A DNA stretch of 63,534 nucleotides, counting the filler, from Rhabdomonas costata (lineage: Eukaryota): the NCBI GenBank assembly GCA_019059605.1. It is 46 parts of 46 records of this genome, joined end to end, with 100 filler letters (N's around TTAATTAATTAA, not from the genome) between each part and the next. Parts side by side here need not be neighbours in the genome. Positions count along the whole stretch, not along the records: positions 23,519 to 24,802 come from JAHMHO010020702.1; positions 24,903 to 26,185 come from JAHMHO010020703.1; positions 26,286 to 27,569 come from JAHMHO010020704.1; positions 27,670 to 28,953 come from JAHMHO010020705.1; positions 29,054 to 30,337 come from JAHMHO010020706.1; positions 30,438 to 31,721 come from JAHMHO010020707.1; positions 31,822 to 33,104 come from JAHMHO010020708.1; positions 33,205 to 34,488 come from JAHMHO010020709.1; 38 more parts are not named here. One strand, 5' to 3'. The notes below the pieces were generated by a model that did no database searches, had not been told where the DNA came from, and saw only the letters and a program-made list of their open reading frames with translations. This document shows, piece after piece, positions 24,401 through 36,037 of the stretch. The translations under genes and the position numbers were made by a program. Position 1 is the first letter of the stretch. The number at the start of each line of letters is the position of its first letter.

Positions 24401-25393
24401 CTGGAAACAATAACCGCACAAAGGTCCCCCCACCCCACCCCGAAAAAGTGGAGAGAAGGGGATCCGAAACAGCAAGAAGTCGACGGGGAGGTCATCCAGC
24501 GTCATCCGGCAAAAGACACATCAGAGAGAGAGGACCTCTTCTGCCACGAAATTCGGGACACCACCATAGCACTTCACAAAAACCCCCTTCACACATTCAT
24601 CAACAAATTCTTCACTTCATCTCCGAAACACCGCCCACAAATGACCGAGCGCCACCGACGTCAGCGACGTGCGCTTCGTCCCGCTCAGTAGCACTTCTCT
24701 ACGCCCGATGTGCAGAGGGAGGCAAGAAACTAACCCTAAAAATCGCCCTCACGCCATACGCAGGATACATCCCCACAAATTAAAGCCCATACCCCAACCC
24801 ACNNNNNNNNNNNNNNNNNNNNNNNNNNNNNNNNNNNNNNNNNNNNTTAATTAATTAANNNNNNNNNNNNNNNNNNNNNNNNNNNNNNNNNNNNNNNNNN
24901 NNGTGGGGGGTGGTGAACAGAAAGTGACGGGTAGAGAGGGGTGGTATGTGGGATTAGGAATAGAATTGTTGCTCTACGTGATGTCATAGATCTACCACCC
25001 GTGATATTGAATTCACAATCACCTCATCTTATGCTACGTTGACCTTCTTTTTATCCTAAAGGAAGGATCCCAAGAGATCTTGGTTTGTTTTTCTAATTCG
25101 CTTTCTTATTTTTCATGTGATGGCTGGGATGGAAATAACAACAAGTATCATTAGTTTTGAGTTTTCTTGACATTGTATCTTGAGTTTCATTACATTTCCC
25201 CCATTTTTTCACATGTTTTTTTTGGGGGGAAACTCTCGACCAACAAATCCGCGCAATGTGTCAGAGGTTCAAACTATTATCCCTGAAGCGCATTGCAGTG
25301 ATTGCAGCCCACATTGCGCATTTCGGGCAATGGTCGACTGATGCACATCCGCCTCCTTGGGTCCTCGTTCTCTCACGCTGTGTGTGGTGTAAG

Positions 25394-25492
25394 GTACTCG
25401 GGGAGGGCACCTACGGCGTAGTCTTCCACGCTTTCGACCTCCGCAGAAAAGTCGACGTGGCTGTTAAGCGGGTCAACGAGGGAGCCCTCGAA
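25394..25492 (+). CDS. Ser/Thr protein kinase (CMGC, CDK/MAPK-like), subdomain I-II exon
   Basis: taag|GTA CTC GGG...GAA|gtgtgc; VLGEGTYGVVFHAFDLRRKVDVAVKRV carries the Gly-rich loop and VAVK. Confidence 0.9.
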
Positions 25493-26285
25493 GTGTGCCA
25501 CCTGCTCCCCTTCCCTTCGAAACAGCTTGACCTTCCTTTCTTTCTTTTACCTCTTTAGTGATCCAGATGCTAACTGGAAACTGTTTTTAGCTGTATTTTA
25601 TTGGCTTTTATTGGCTTTTCTTTTCTTTTTGAAAGCTCGCTGTGGGTCGTCGCACACCCGGCTCATGATCACTGTAAGCTTGTTGAAAACGAACAACCGT
25701 AACAGAAACGGGCACGATGAGGAACCCGCCAAGGCGGTCTCTGTTTCCGCTCCCAATTTATATACCAAACAAGAAACGAAAGCACAACATAGTGGGCGCC
25801 GGAAGGGAGGAGACCACTGCGATGGACGGAGGTGAGCGCATAAAAACAGAAAACACATATCGAAGCGTCAAAGAGAGAGCGAACTCCTTGTGAGCTAGGT
25901 GTAGAGTAGATTTGAGTTGTATGAAGAATGCACGCGCTATGTGGTTACAGCGAGCCTCGGGAAGGCAGGGAAGCCTGGGGAAGCCCCGTCGCTGCGCTTC
26001 AACTTAAGAACTTAAGCGTCTGCTTTTCGTGCATCGGAAAAGCGCTTGGCTTCAGCTCCGTGAGTCTTGTGAGGGGAGGCTCAGCCTCGAACCCCGGCTC
26101 CAGCTGGCGGCACGCAGTTCTGAGAACGGCCACCCCAATGCGGCTCTGACATTTCATTACTGTTCATGTTGGCACCCACAAACCCNNNNNNNNNNNNNNN
26201 NNNNNNNNNNNNNNNNNNNNNNNNNNNNNTTAATTAATTAANNNNNNNNNNNNNNNNNNNNNNNNNNNNNNNNNNNNNNNNNNNN

Positions 26286-26637
26286 TTTGTGGTGGCCCCG
26301 TGTCTGAGATGATCTACCGCAGAGGCAAGGCTTGTGTTATGTGCAGGAGAAAGGGCTGTATGTATGGATTCCATGAACTTCTGGCTCCATCGTCAGCGGG
26401 TGTAATCTGTCTCACAAGGAGGTTCGTTACCTCTTTTACTGGATCAATGGCACCAGGCTCAAGGTTCACACAAACACTATAGAGGGCTGTTGGGACCGTC
26501 TAAAGACCTGGCTGAATTCTAGTGGTGTGTGTTTGAACCACTTGATCTGGGATAATCTGAATGAATTCATGTGGAGATATAACCTGAGTACTAACTCTGA
26601 TCCTTTATTGACATTACTGAACCTTGTATGTGATTGA
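26286..26637 (+). mobile_element. Merlin (IS1595/ISXO2-like DDE) transposase C-terminus, frameshifted relic
   Basis: Frame 26401-26637 (not in the ORF track): CNLSHKEVRYLFYWINGTRLKVHTNTIEGCWDRLKTWLNSSGVCLNHLIWDNLNEFMWRYNLSTNSDPLLTLLNLVCD*. HTNTIEG.W..LK and L.EF.WR.N are family hallmarks. The upstream part is broken by a stop and a frameshift. Confidence 0.85.
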
Positions 26638-27189
26638 CACTTCCCGTTTTGACTGTTTCCAATGTAGGTCCAGTAACGAACCTATGCCATATGTATATCC
26701 CGCACAGAAACAGTTAAATGGGAAGTTGAAGGAGATGATAAGAATTTTAAAGCTCCAGAAGAAGAAAATGAGAAGATTTATCCGGGTGTAGATTTCGAAT
26801 TTCATAGGATGCAGTTGCATCCTAACCCATAACCACAATTCCAAAACCAGCAAAGATTTAGCGCAAGTTTAGGCAGTGGATATAGAAACTTATTGATCTG
26901 ATCTGCAAGTTGTTTGGATTGACGAAGTGGAGGTTAATTTCAGAGGATGTACATGACAAAAAGTAGAGTAGACGCAAAGAAGTTGTGGTGCAGTGTCGAG
27001 TGGTTGTCAGAGATTGTCGCATTTGAAAGAAGTTGTGAAGATAAATGGACAGATGGGCCTTTGTAAGTATTGTCTTAGACCTACCGCGCACTCCCTTGTC
27101 CTCCTTTCATACTTCGAAACACGCCTCCCGCTTTCATCCTTTCCCGCCATCAGCGCAACGACCTCTCCGTCTTCCTTTCCACACCTCGT

Positions 27190-27569
27190 GCATCTTTCCC
27201 TTGCCCCTCATCCCGCACGCAATACCGCCGTCAGGTGGATGCCTTCATCGCTTGGCTTCGGGCTCAGCCCTCCCTTGCGTCTCTCCCCTTCGCCACCCCC
27301 GCTGTCATTCAAGCCTTCGAAGCATACCTTCTCCACCTTGCCTCTACTCCACGCCCCAGCACCGCACGCCTTTGTGTTTCGGCGTGGGCTCACCTCTTCA
27401 ATCTGCCGCACTCGAGTCTGGTTCGATCCCTCTTGGCTCACTGAAGCCCCTCCACCTACCCCTGCATCGGCTCTTCAGTATTTCGCCGCTCTCCTCTCTT
27501 GGGTTTATCTCCTCCGTGTCTCAGAACTCCGTCGTCTCTGCCCTTCCGACCTCACTCCCACCCATATCC
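27190..27569 (+). mobile_element. Tyrosine recombinase of a DIRS/Ngaro/VIPER-type retroelement or Crypton, N-terminal half, frameshifted
   Basis: SLAP/SSRTQYRRQVDAFIAWL (N-terminal SAM-like pattern SLA.ST..Y....F..W), then after a frameshift WFD...LQYFAALLSWVYLLRVSELRRLCPSDL (box I LRxSE...L...DL). Intronless and C/T-rich. Confidence 0.75.
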
Positions 27570-27698
27570 NNNNNNNNNNNNNNNNNNNNNNNNNNNNNNN
27601 NNNNNNNNNNNNNTTAATTAATTAANNNNNNNNNNNNNNNNNNNNNNNNNNNNNNNNNNNNNNNNNNNNGGGGTTTTGGGGAACGTGTGTGGTCTCAG

Positions 27699-28013
27699 GA
27701 CGACGACACCCCGGGCTGGCCCCCGAATCCAGACTCCGCCCTACTGCGAGTGGTGCAGGAGGCCCACTCCGAACTGCACCCGGGAGCCCCTCCGGCTAGG
27801 GTCTACGCCGTGCACGCTGGGCTGGAGTGCGCCACGCTCACCGCGGCCCGCCCGGGTCTGGACTGCGTCTCCGTTGGCCCGGAGATCGTCGACCCCCACA
27901 GCCCGCAGGAGCGTCTCCGCATCGCATCTTTCGGACGCTGCTTGGACCTCACCCGCCGCGTGGTGGAGAAGGTGGCCTTGCAGGGCACTCGGATTGCACA
28001 GGAGACCTCCTGA
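27699..28013 (+). CDS. pepD: Aminoacyl-histidine dipeptidase (peptidase M20C, PepD-like), C-terminal exon
   Basis: PGWPPNPDSALL...VYAVHAGLEC...PGLDCVSVGPEIVDPHSPQERLRIAS; PGW.P.P.S, HAGLEC and S.GP.I..PHSP.ER are PepD motifs. Candidate acceptor gtctcag| at 27698. Confidence 0.9.
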   Translation, partial: DDDTPGWPPNPDSALLRVVQEAHSELHPGAPPARVYAVHAGLECATLTAARPGLDCVSVGPEIVDPHSPQERLRIASFGRCLDLTRRVVEKVALQGTRIAQETS

Positions 28014-29199
28014 GGGCTCCTCTCACACATACCATGGTTTGACGAAACGGCGTGCCTTCGTTGGACGGCAGGGCGGACCCGCCCTTGTTCTGTGAGGGCA
28101 GCTGTCTGTGGTTTCCCAATACAGAGATTGCTGCTTTCGGATCATTGACTGTTGCACGCTGAGTACCGAATGACGGGACTACAGAGGTCTTCTGCGCTCG
28201 CATTCCCGGAGGGGCTTGGCTTCCGAATGTTTTCCTTGAGAGGTGCTGGCACACACACCCGCCAGATCACTCAAGCTCACCACCATATCGGAAAGCTATC
28301 CGCCAAGCTGCTTTTAGCTTTGGCATCGGGGCTCGAAGGTATACACTTATCTCTGACAAAAGTATCGTATACTCAAGTTATCATAACTTTTTTTTTGGAA
28401 ACCCAACTGGTTCCCAGAGAAGGCATGGCCGCCGTAGTTAAATCAGTGGTCCTTTGCACGTTCCATGGTAATTTCAAGAACCGGTTCCTGCGTTTCTTCT
28501 CAATCCTTCGGTGTTGTCATGGAGGGTTGGTTACATGGGCCTAGATGTTGTTTTTACATTATTCCGTCTCATGACTACTTCTCGCAGCTGTTCAGCAAAC
28601 ATTTTTACCTTTTTTGTGGACTCCCCGTCTTACTTCAACTTCAATCGCTTCATTGTTTCGTCGGGGGGGAAGAGCGCGCCCCAACATCAAACTTCACCGC
28701 TCGCCCCCTCCCGCGGTGCGCTGAGAGTGGAAGAGGGTGTGGGGTGCGGTGGGGTAAGGTGTGAGTGACTAGGTCGTGAGTTTAGAGAGGTAGCGCGATT
28801 TGAATTTGTGAGCCAGTGGGAAGGAGGGAGCCATGGCAGCGGAACCCCCAGTCGAGCCCCTTCCCTCGCCGAAGCTTTTGGTGGAGGGCTCGTCCCCCAC
28901 GGAGGTTCCCGCGCTGGGGCACTCGCCCAGCCACGCCCAGAGCAACCACAACCNNNNNNNNNNNNNNNNNNNNNNNNNNNNNNNNNNNNNNNNNNNNTTA
29001 ATTAATTAANNNNNNNNNNNNNNNNNNNNNNNNNNNNNNNNNNNNNNNNNNNNGGGTTTTGGTGGACTTGCAAACCGGTCAAAAGCCATTCAACCCTCTT
29101 TGATGGGTGTTTCTGCTTCTTTTCGTTTGCTGTTCTTTCCTGACGAAGTAAATCCTCGCTCGCGTGTATTCTCTTTTACAACTCGCCTTTGACGAAAAG

Positions 29200-30052
29200 A
29201 TGGAAACTTCCGAAGGAGAGGAGGATGTTTGGGAGGAGCTTCCTGTTGAGGAAGGCGAGGATGAAGAGACAGCCTTTGGCACTGTGTGTTCGGAACTTGG
29301 CAGGGATGCTGGCACGTCTGTGCTCACTGGGCTGACGGAGCAGGAAAATGAGCTGCGCCGGTATGGCCTGAAAGAGAGGCCCTTCCAACATATTTTAACT
29401 GTCTAGCCGGTGCGCACTTATCCGTCATTTTTCATTCAGATTCAATGCGCGCTTGGAGAAGGAGAAGGCAAAGGTGCTGAAGCTTGCCGAGCAAAACCTA
29501 CAAGCGGCAGTTCAAGCCACGGAGGCGCCCGTTGGATGGTTGTCACACGCTACATGCGTTAGCGGAACTTCAAGACTGCGGTTTTTGCCCCGATAGTTTA
29601 AAGAAACTCTCAATTCAACAAGGAGTTGGCAAACCATTTGGTTTTGGGGTTTTGTTTCGGAGTCATGGCCCATGCTGGGGCAAGTCGGTCCTTCGTCATG
29701 GGGAGTTGATTGCTGCCGGGACGAATTTTCAACATGGACGCATTGGGGCCAAACGGAGGTGTTCAATATGTTTTGCAAAACGTTGTTGGCCATTTTTCGA
29801 GGGTAAATACCCACATCTAACCTGTACTATATAACCTACTGGGTCCCGAGTGCCCGGAAATAGAACTTCTCTGGTTCTCCTCCAGCTGCTCCGTTTCTCG
29901 AGGCCGGCCCTGCAAAGCCGCCAGCTCTTCGCCCCTCCCGCCGCAGAGCCCGCCGCCCGCCTCCTCGCCAGCTGCAGCCCCGACAGAACCGCCTTCCTCG
30001 TCTTCTTCCGCCCCGCCTCCGTGCAGCTCCCGGAGTGCGCGGAGTCCGCCAG
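29200..30052 (+). CDS. N-terminal exons of an unknown acidic/coiled-coil protein (29200-29360, 29440-29524, 29864-30052)
   Basis: ATG after pyrimidine tracts; METSEGEEDVWEEL...ENELRR/FNARLEKEKAKVLKLAEQNLQAAVQATE/NFSGSPP... The first intron is GT-AG; the second needs a GC donor (GAG|gcgccc). Confidence 0.45.
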
Positions 30053-30442
30053 GTGCGCATTATTTGCTCACTCGGGCGGTGGGTTTTGAGAGATGAGCGT
30101 GACAGGAGCGCGCTCTGTGCCCTGTCAAGGGCAAATACTTGGTTTATTCGCAGTCTGCCCTTCCCTGCTGTTTCGACGGGACCGAGCCGTTATAGGGCGC
30201 TTTGCTCCTGGAATAGTCTCTTGGTTTTCTTCCTTACAAAAGTCTCCAGCTGGGCATTTTCCTTCATCAGACTGACCCAACGCAAACGCAAGTTAACCTG
30301 CAATTTGCACTTGCATTCATAAGTCACCCACACAAACNNNNNNNNNNNNNNNNNNNNNNNNNNNNNNNNNNNNNNNNNNNNTTAATTAATTAANNNNNNN
30401 NNNNNNNNNNNNNNNNNNNNNNNNNNNNNNNNNNNNNGTGGT

Positions 30443-30829
30443 TGTGTGGTGAGGATGCTGAGAGTTGGATGTGGATGACTCTGGTGGTGCTGGCTCTGAT
30501 GGTGTTGCTATTTCTGGCTTTAAGTTTCGTGTGTACTGTGGTGTTTGGGTTTGTGTGCGAATCGTTGGTGTTGGCTTTTCCGTGTGGGTCATTTTGGGTT
30601 GTACGGTGGCTTGGGTGGTGGTGACTGTGGGATTGGCGTTCTGGGTGTGTCTGGTGGCGTTGCTGGCTATGTGTGTTTCTCTTTATGTGGTACTGGTTGT
30701 GGTGGGTGGATGGATGTTGGGTGCTGGAGTGGAGTTGGTGAGGTGTTGACTGTGGGATTGGCTTTGGGTTCTGTGTGTGGTGAGGATGCTGAGAGTTGGA
30801 TGTGGATGACTCTGGTGGTGCTGGCTCTG
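30443..30829 (+). repeat. 56-bp exact direct repeat (30443-30498, 30774-30829) in a G/T-skewed low-complexity block
   Basis: TGTGTGGTGAGGATGCTGAGAGTTGGATGTGGATGACTCTGGTGGTGCTGGCTCTG occurs twice, 331 nt apart. TGACTGTGGGATTGGC also occurs twice. Confidence 0.9.
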
Positions 30830-32752
30830 GTGGTGGGGATGTTGGTATGTGTGCTGATTCTGGGTTTTGTGTTTGACGTCACTCGTGATGTCCAAGAGAA
30901 TGAACCATTTCCATTGTAACACATTTAGAACAACAAGGCTGCGTACGGCTGTGCCACTAATGTACCACTCTCTACTTCCGTGCTCCAAAACGTATCTGCT
31001 ATAGATCATTTTTAGTACGGAGACGTCCAAAAGTTTAACGCCTGTGTTGAAGTCGTTTCACTGACAAAGCTAACACGAACCACGTGATGAAGCAGGCATC
31101 AAGGTGAGTCTATGCAACGTAGCGCGTAACTCACACCCTGATGCTCATACGTTAGTAGTGGATGGATGTGACATCTACCATGTGCATGGTATGTCAATTT
31201 AGCCTCCAGTGGTGGAAATTAACCAACACGGGATGTGTTAATAGTGCTGGGTAGGCGACCCAATGTAAACATGGGATGTGAATCCAACACGGTGTAAATA
31301 CCTCGACTGCCAATTCACCACATTAAAGTGAGGCGTAACACAAAGCGTAACACCAGCACCAGGAGTGAGAGCACTTCGAGAATGATGTGGCATTGATGCA
31401 ACATCGGTGAAGCTTTTTTCTGACAGCCACATCTACAACACTACATCATGTGTTCACAACTCAGCGACGTGACCAGGCTGTGACCGCATCTACAACCTAT
31501 GCAAAAGCTACCAGTAGAAAGGCCACACATGACAACCTCACTCCAAAACTGAGAGATGCTGATATGATAAAGTCATCATGAGTTAGATATTTGTGTTTGG
31601 AGTTGAAGATTGCGCTACATCTTACCCAATGACACCATTTTCACATAGGTAGAAGAAAGCACCACAACAGTATGTTAACCGGTGGAAATCTGGAGTCGAG
31701 AGGTCCAACTCCACACAACCCNNNNNNNNNNNNNNNNNNNNNNNNNNNNNNNNNNNNNNNNNNNNTTAATTAATTAANNNNNNNNNNNNNNNNNNNNNNN
31801 NNNNNNNNNNNNNNNNNNNNNGTGGGTTTGTAAGGTATCACTGGCAGAGGCACAGACTTCCTCGTTTATGTTTATCGAAGCACATCACCCACGTGGCATT
31901 GACCTCACGTGGCATTGAATGACAAGGGGCAAGGGGAAAAGGGTAGTTGATCCGGAGACACACCACCACTTGGGGGCAGCCCTGCCAGCCCTCCCCCTCA
32001 CAGTGGAACTGAGAGGACAGCATGGCGTTCAGGGCGTAGCCCAGAGGGTTCACCCTGAAAGGGACACAGTGGCATGAAAGATCCAGTCGAGCAGAGAAAC
32101 AGAATGATTGGCACATGAACGCAGAGAGCCACTGGGACAGGAATGTTGTGATAATGCATCTGAACTGAGCACATCAACACCGGTTATCAAAGCAGCACCC
32201 ACGCATTTACACAGTTGTCTCTCCCTTTGGGGGAGGAGGGATGAAAGAGTTTGAGCGGCGAAAAAAAAAGCGTGCAGCCCAGTCCCGCTCCGCTCTGGTC
32301 CATCTAAACACTTGCGGGCAGCAGTGATAACGGATATTAGTGAAAGTTCTTCAACGAGATGAGAGAAGCAAGCGGCCTCGAATCACGATTCAATGTGGTC
32401 TGGACTGGAGCTTGGGGAACCGGGAGCAATTCAAAACAACCGCAGTTGCTGCGCACACAGCGAAAAAACATTAAAACTATGGGCAGACAGTCTTGAAAAA
32501 AAAAGGGGGGGGGGCGAGGCATATTTTGACAGCCGGAAGACCCCGCCTCAACTATCAGAATAGTTAGGCCCAGAGCAACGGTCACGCGAAAAGGTGCGAC
32601 CCAGCCCCATCTCCATTTCTGCTCAATGAAACACAACGTTATTAAGAGGGATGGTAACAGATTGTAATGACACTAGTTCAACCGGACCAACAACAACAGG
32701 CGATGTCTAACCACAAGGCAGCTCTGGATCGAAGTCCACCACGCCAGCACAC

Positions 32753-32973
32753 CAGTAGAACCACTTCCACCAGATCGGGATCTTCGGAGCGGGGATGGTA
32801 AACCCGCAGGTCAGAATCATCAGCACGGAGTACGCCGAGCCAATCATCTGGGCCACGGCCTGGCTGGGCATCACGATCACCAGCATCACCCCCAGAAAGG
32901 TGGCAAACATCATGTACAGGAAGAACACGAGCACCCAGAAGAAGAACCACCCCCAGTTGTGGTTCATCCCGGC
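32753..32973 (-). CDS. ABCG/PDR-type ABC transporter, membrane-domain exon
   Basis: gattgcag|GCC...TAC TG|gtgtgc; ...FLGVMLVIVMPSQAVAQMIGSAYSVLMILTCGFTIPAPKIPIWWKWFYW carries the ABC2-membrane motif P...VA...GF.IP...IP.WW.W.YW. Confidence 0.9.
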
Positions 32974-33014
32974 CTGCAATCCAGAGAGCAAGGGAGACGC
33001 GAGAGAGTGGAGGA

Positions 33015-33097
33015 GGGCAAAGCCGAAGCAGGCCCGCGGTCTTTTCTGTGTACACAGTGTGGGCAGAAAAGCCCGCGGGCCTGCTTCGGCTTTGCCC
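33015..33097. repeat. 34-bp inverted repeat (1 mismatch, 15-nt loop) made of two copies of the interspersed-repeat terminus
   Basis: GGGCAAAGCCGAAGCAGGCCCGCGGTCTTTTCTG (33015-33048) and CAGAAAAGCCCGCGGGCCTGCTTCGGCTTTGCCC (33064-33097). Confidence 0.9.
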
Positions 33098-34831
33098 CCC
33101 ACCCNNNNNNNNNNNNNNNNNNNNNNNNNNNNNNNNNNNNNNNNNNNNTTAATTAATTAANNNNNNNNNNNNNNNNNNNNNNNNNNNNNNNNNNNNNNNN
33201 NNNNTCACTTGACCCAACCGGCTTGTTTTGAAATTTGCAACTGCACCAAAACTAAGGGAATCTAATTGGAAACCCCCTTTTGCTAGACCAAAACTCCAAT
33301 CCCCAGAAAACTACCTGCCAATGAATTGTTGTATATATTTCCCATTCTTTTCATGCACACTTGCTTTCCTTTTTCCGTTTTTACACACTCTTCTTACTTC
33401 TCTAAATTCCCGTCTATTTTCTATCCGAAGTGGAACCTGGTTACAATGTGTGTGTTTTTAGTTCCTTCTAACTCTTTTGCTTTTGGATTTAAAAAGAGAA
33501 GACCTTAAACTAAATTACTACCACAATCAGTAAAGTATTTTGTAAAGTAAGTAAATATCAGTAAACCTGGCCCTGAGCCCAGTACTAGGTACCGAGCCCT
33601 CTCACTAATCATGCCCGTAATGATTTCCATGTTTCACACTTTAGCTTTGTTCACTCTTTATGTTTCTCCATCACCCTCATCCGCACCGCTAAAGCTCTCT
33701 CAGCTCTGCTTGCCATTCATGTTTTCCACCACTTTTAGTCGTCGAGCGTCATTTATTGGTGGTGTTCCATTGCGTTTGTCTTTCTGCGTGTGGGCTCTGC
33801 TCTCCCTACTTGGAGTCGTTTGGGAGATTGTTTGATGCTTGGAGACGTGTGTTCTAAGATCTTGTGGCGTCGATATGGAAGACTTGTCGTGGCCCACCTT
33901 CTCCGCAATATTTTTCCTTTTAAGTCCACGTGGATAGCTTGCTACGCTATCGCGTACGCGCGCACACGCACACACGTACGCACACTGCCTTGTCCTGCAG
34001 TCTTGCCCCGTATGGTCGGCTTGACACATCTGATTCAAGATCCAGACACACACACTTTCTTCCAGTCTTTTCGCAATGAAAAGACAACGGAAACCAACAA
34101 CACAAAATGGAAAACTTCGAAAAGTAATACAGTACGGTACAACTACGGGTTGGTTGGTGGGTAGGAGTAACGCCACCACCGCCTGACAGCACCACCGGAT
34201 TAGAGAGTAGGGTACAGCACATCCTACGGTAGGCTACTTACTCCTTTTACATGATGTGCTACATTAGGACATGCCACAAACACCTCCACCACTGAGTGAA
34301 GTGACAGGAACATGTTACAACCACCATGGCAAACAACACTGTGCATCGGCAGCCTAACCATGGTGAAGTTCACCCTACGCCAACAACTGGTTCGAGTAAA
34401 CACGGCTGCACTACCAACAGTGTAACTGAGCCCCTACGTAGATGTAGAAGCGTGTCTACTACGGTGTTGTGTCTCTGGATACATGGTGNNNNNNNNNNNN
34501 NNNNNNNNNNNNNNNNNNNNNNNNNNNNNNNNTTAATTAATTAANNNNNNNNNNNNNNNNNNNNNNNNNNNNNNNNNNNNNNNNNNNNGGGGGTGGTGAG
34601 CTTTCTTCATGGGTGTGTCCCAGTATCCTTCGTTGTGGCCCCATCAGACCACAGAGGAAATCCCTCAGACCAATATAAGAGCTCTGCTGAGTAGTTGAAG
34701 GGGGTATCCTCTAATGCTACCCAGGACCATTTTTATTGGGCTTAGAGTCAGTGTCATTAATTGTGCTCTTCTGGTCCATTCTGCACGTCTCCCTCACGCG
34801 CAAGATTCCCCTCTGCTCTGTGTCTCCGCAG

Positions 34832-35559
34832 CCAACCCGAGCTTCCCTTGCCTCAGCCTGAGCTGCCCTGAGGGCTACCACCACAAGCCCTTCACCGCGA
34901 CCATGTGTCGTTCCCAGGGCTGCACGGTGGACATTTGCTGCGTTCGTGGTGTGTCTGTGCTGTGTTCGCGTGTCTTCTTGTGGGTTTGAGACGGTGGTGA
35001 GAGAAGCCGGCGATCAATTGTCCCCTTAATCTCCAAGCTTTTTTTCACTCGATGGGTGGCCCACAAAAATCAAATAACATGGCTGCATGGAGAGGGAACC
35101 GCCTTCTACAATAGGTTGGCATAATAGGAGCATTCATCCTGCAATATCCTTGCTAAAGAGCGAACTTTCTCTTGAGGGACATTCGGGAACAGCCTTCCAT
35201 CGTGTGTGTTCAGTGCCACAACCCGAGCGAGGTGCAAAAGACCCTGCCCGCTTCTCGGTCGAAAGCGTTATTACAGGGAGCGTCTTCCTCCGAGGTTGCT
35301 CGTTCGCCATTTTCCTGGACAATATGCCCAGGGGCTTTCTCTGTGATGATGCAAAATACTATGCACCCTTCTTTTGCGAATGCAGATGTCTTGTGCGGCA
35401 CCCCAGGCATTCTTCCCCCCAATGCGGTCCTTCCGGTGTGCCCATCGGGGCTGACAGAGGGGAAGGTTTGCATCTTTGGCTGCGCTGTGGGCTACACTGG
35501 TGGGGGTACGCTGACGTGCACCTCGGCCGGGAAGTGGAAGCTGAGCGGCAGCTGCGCAG
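34832..35559 (+). CDS. Modular extracellular protein: Cys-rich CC-module exon (34832-34948) and sushi/CCP exon (35386-35559)
   Basis: Both exons are phase 1-1 with GT-AG borders. NPSFPCLSLSCPEGYHHKPFTATMCRSQGCTVDICCVR; DVLCGTPGILPPNAVLPVCPSGLTEGKVCIFGCAVGYTGGGTLTCTSAGKWKLSGSCA (C.F.C..GY.G...L.C...G.W.....C). Confidence 0.8.
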
Positions 35560-36037
35560 GTCTTTGTTTGTGTGCAGGTTTTTCTGTTGTGGGAGCTCCT
35601 TTGTAGTCCTTTCTGTCCGGTGACTGGCTTTTCAAGTGGATTGCTTTTTGCTCTTCGTGTAATGCCTTTTGAGAGAGGTGGACCTGCTCAGCTATAGTTC
35701 CGTTGGAATTGCTTCGGTTCCCCCGGTCTACAGCCAGCACTTTTTCGCTGCTTATCTTGGTGGCAGTGATGCAATGTTCATTCTTTCTCACCTTGGCCCT
35801 TCCTTCCCCACGCGCCTCAGTTGTGGACTGCGGCCCTGCACTCCCGCCGTCGCCCGTCTCCACCAACCCCNNNNNNNNNNNNNNNNNNNNNNNNNNNNNN
35901 NNNNNNNNNNNNNNTTAATTAATTAANNNNNNNNNNNNNNNNNNNNNNNNNNNNNNNNNNNNNNNNNNNNGTGGGGGTTTGGTGAGGTGACTGAGGAGTC
36001 ATGGCTGGTTGTGGCCCATGCGCTGGCGCGAGCTGTG

